Source: an uncultured Candidatus Saccharibacteria bacterium
GTDB lineage: Bacteria; Patescibacteriota; Saccharimonadia; Saccharimonadales; JALRHH01
Direction of reading: 5' to 3'
Assembly: GCA_964474995.1 (NCBI GenBank)
Contig: CAYYUY010000005.1
Coordinates: 7,816 to 71,815, forward strand
DNA length: 64,000 nt
Shown here: one piece after another, positions 62,655-64,000 of the stretch
Position numbering within the stretch: the first letter of the stretch is position 1
Layout of the letters: the number at the start of each line of letters is the position of its first letter
Notes under the pieces: generated by a model
What the model was told of the DNA's origin: nothing
Seen by the model: only the letters and a program-made list of their open reading frames with translations
The model's database searches: none
Translations under genes and position numbers: made by a program

Positions 62655-63041
62655 CTATGCTTTCAATGCGGTTAGCTTACTGCGTACCGATGCGTTTAGT
62701 TCGGCATTCGGTGTTTTGATAATGACGCCACCGAGCAGGCTGGGGTCAATGCTCGTACTCACCTCAACCGCGGTAGCTTTTTCTGACTGTTTGACAAACT
62801 GTGCAATAGCCTTGATAAGACCATCTGACAACTCACGGGCACTGGTCACATGCGCAAGCACAAGGCCATGATCGTTGGCCAAGTAGGCCTCGATATCACG
62901 GACAAGTAGCTCGGCCTGATTGACACGCTTGCGCTCTACGAGATAAGCAGCCACCTGCGTCAAGAGTGCAGACTGATCTGCACCCGCAAGCAGCTGCTCA
63001 GCCACGTAGCTGGCAAGTTTGCGCCGTGAGACAACCTGCAT
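62655..63041 (-). CDS. atpH: ATP synthase delta (short form)
   Basis: [22 protein letters not shown]. Confidence 0.9.
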   Translation of the reverse strand: MQVVSRRKLASYVAEQLLAGADQSALLTQVAAYLVERKRVNQAELLVRDIEAYLANDHGLVLAHVTSARELSDGLIKAIAQFVKQSEKATAVEVSTSIDPSLLGGVIIKTPNAELNASVRSKLTALKA

Positions 63042-63589
63042 TATTTCGAAGCCTCCGCGAGAGCGTTCTCGATGAGTTTTTCGTCAGCAGCACCAGTCAT
63101 TTTCTGACCAATGATTGCTTCGGTTGCTTCGGCAATAAGTGCCTTGGTTTCTTTCTTGAGCTCGGTGCGAGCTTTTAGGATTTCCTGGTCAAGCTGTGCT
63201 TTGGCTTCAGATACAATGTGCTCAGCCTTTTTGCGGGCCTTGAGCTCTGCATCTTCAACCATGGCAACTGATTCTTTGTGTGCGGTTGCAACGATGTCAG
63301 ATGATTCTTTGCGAGCTTGCGCCAGCAATGCTTCGATCTTTTCTTCGGTGCCCTGCAACTCATCCGCAGCTTGTTTAGCCTGTTCAAGGCTATCAAGCAC
63401 CGTCTGGCGACGCGTCTCGAGCGTATCGATCAGTTTGCCGTAGACGTATTTGCGGAGCAAGACCAGTACCAATACAAATGTAATCAGCTGGAACAGGAAT
63501 GCCTTGCCATTGATACCAAGGACGCCAAGACCACCAGCTGATTCAGCCGCCGCTTCTGCGCTTCCAAATTGTAATAATACGTTGATCAC
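63041..63589 (-). CDS. atpF: ATP synthase F0 subunit b
   Basis: FLFQLITF TM followed by coiled coil. Confidence 0.95.
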   Translation of the reverse strand: MINVLLQFGSAEAAAESAGGLGVLGINGKAFLFQLITFVLVLVLLRKYVYGKLIDTLETRRQTVLDSLEQAKQAADELQGTEEKIEALLAQARKESSDIVATAHKESVAMVEDAELKARKKAEHIVSEAKAQLDQEILKARTELKKETKALIAEATEAIIGQKMTGAADEKLIENALAEASK

Positions 63590-63608
63590 TCTGTGTTATT
63601 TCCTTGGA

Positions 63609-63824
63609 CTATGAAGTGGTGAAAACAATTAGTAGTACGAAGGCCAAAACAGCGTCAACAAGACCAGCCATGATGAAGGCTGTCGAAAGCACCTTACCTT
63701 GTGCTTCTGGGTTACGACCAACTGAACGAACAGCTGAAGCACCAATCATACCAACACCGATTGCTGGACCGATTGCGCCAAATGCGATTGTTAAACCTTT
63801 GATGAGTTCTGGTGTTACTTCCAT
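63609..63824 (-). CDS. atpE: ATP synthase F0 subunit c
   Basis: RNPE loop, carboxylate in GLVDA. Confidence 0.95.
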   Translation of the reverse strand: MEVTPELIKGLTIAFGAIGPAIGVGMIGASAVRSVGRNPEAQGKVLSTAFIMAGLVDAVLAFVLLIVFTTS

Positions 63825-63866
63825 GTTATTTCTCCTATTACTTTCAACTTAACTTAATTTAAACAG

Positions 63867-64000
63867 CTATCTGGTCGCCTCTGCAACCTTTGGGGCTACA
63901 TGAGGTATCTCTTCATCGTGTTCGGCATGCTCGTCGCGCGTGGCATTTGCCATGTACACCATACTAAGCATCATGAACAGATAAGCCTGAATAACACCGA
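63867..64000 (-). CDS. atpB: ATP synthase F0 subunit a (C-terminal part)
   Basis: GVIQAYLFMMLSMVY...EHAEH...TR stop, directly upstream of atpE. Confidence 0.9.
   Translation of the reverse strand, partial: GVIQAYLFMMLSMVYMANATRDEHAEHDEEIPHVAPKVAEATR

Overview
Compact bacterial chromosome segment, most likely from a Saccharibacteria (TM7, Patescibacteria) genome. This is inferred from gene content and style, not from a marker search. TGA acts as a stop (code 11). Left edge: an AT-rich stretch with a ~985-aa RelA/SpoT-synthetase fusion abutting the 3' end of tRNA-Trp. The core contains secE-nusG-rplK-rplA, a dNMP kinase/dcd/tmk-thyX block, rplJ-rplL, dnaX-dnaB-ybaB-recR, cysS, two PimA-like glycosyltransferases, tRNA-Gln with partial duplicates on both sides, and tgt. 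A redox region follows (yaaA, VKOR, cupredoxins, cyoABCD/cyoE, glutaredoxin, DipZ, fasciclin, MarR), then an MFS pump, a helicase-nuclease, an aquaporin, a stop-interrupted zeta-like carbonic anhydrase and most of the atp operon. Most notable: (1) a bo3-type oxidase missing both hallmark K-channel residues, with a CyoD-cupredoxin fusion; (2) two related leaderless leader-peptide attenuators upstream of unknown genes; (3) the large alarmone-synthetase fusion at a probable island edge; (4) a 6S-like structured RNA before secE; (5) pervasive leaderless gene starts.
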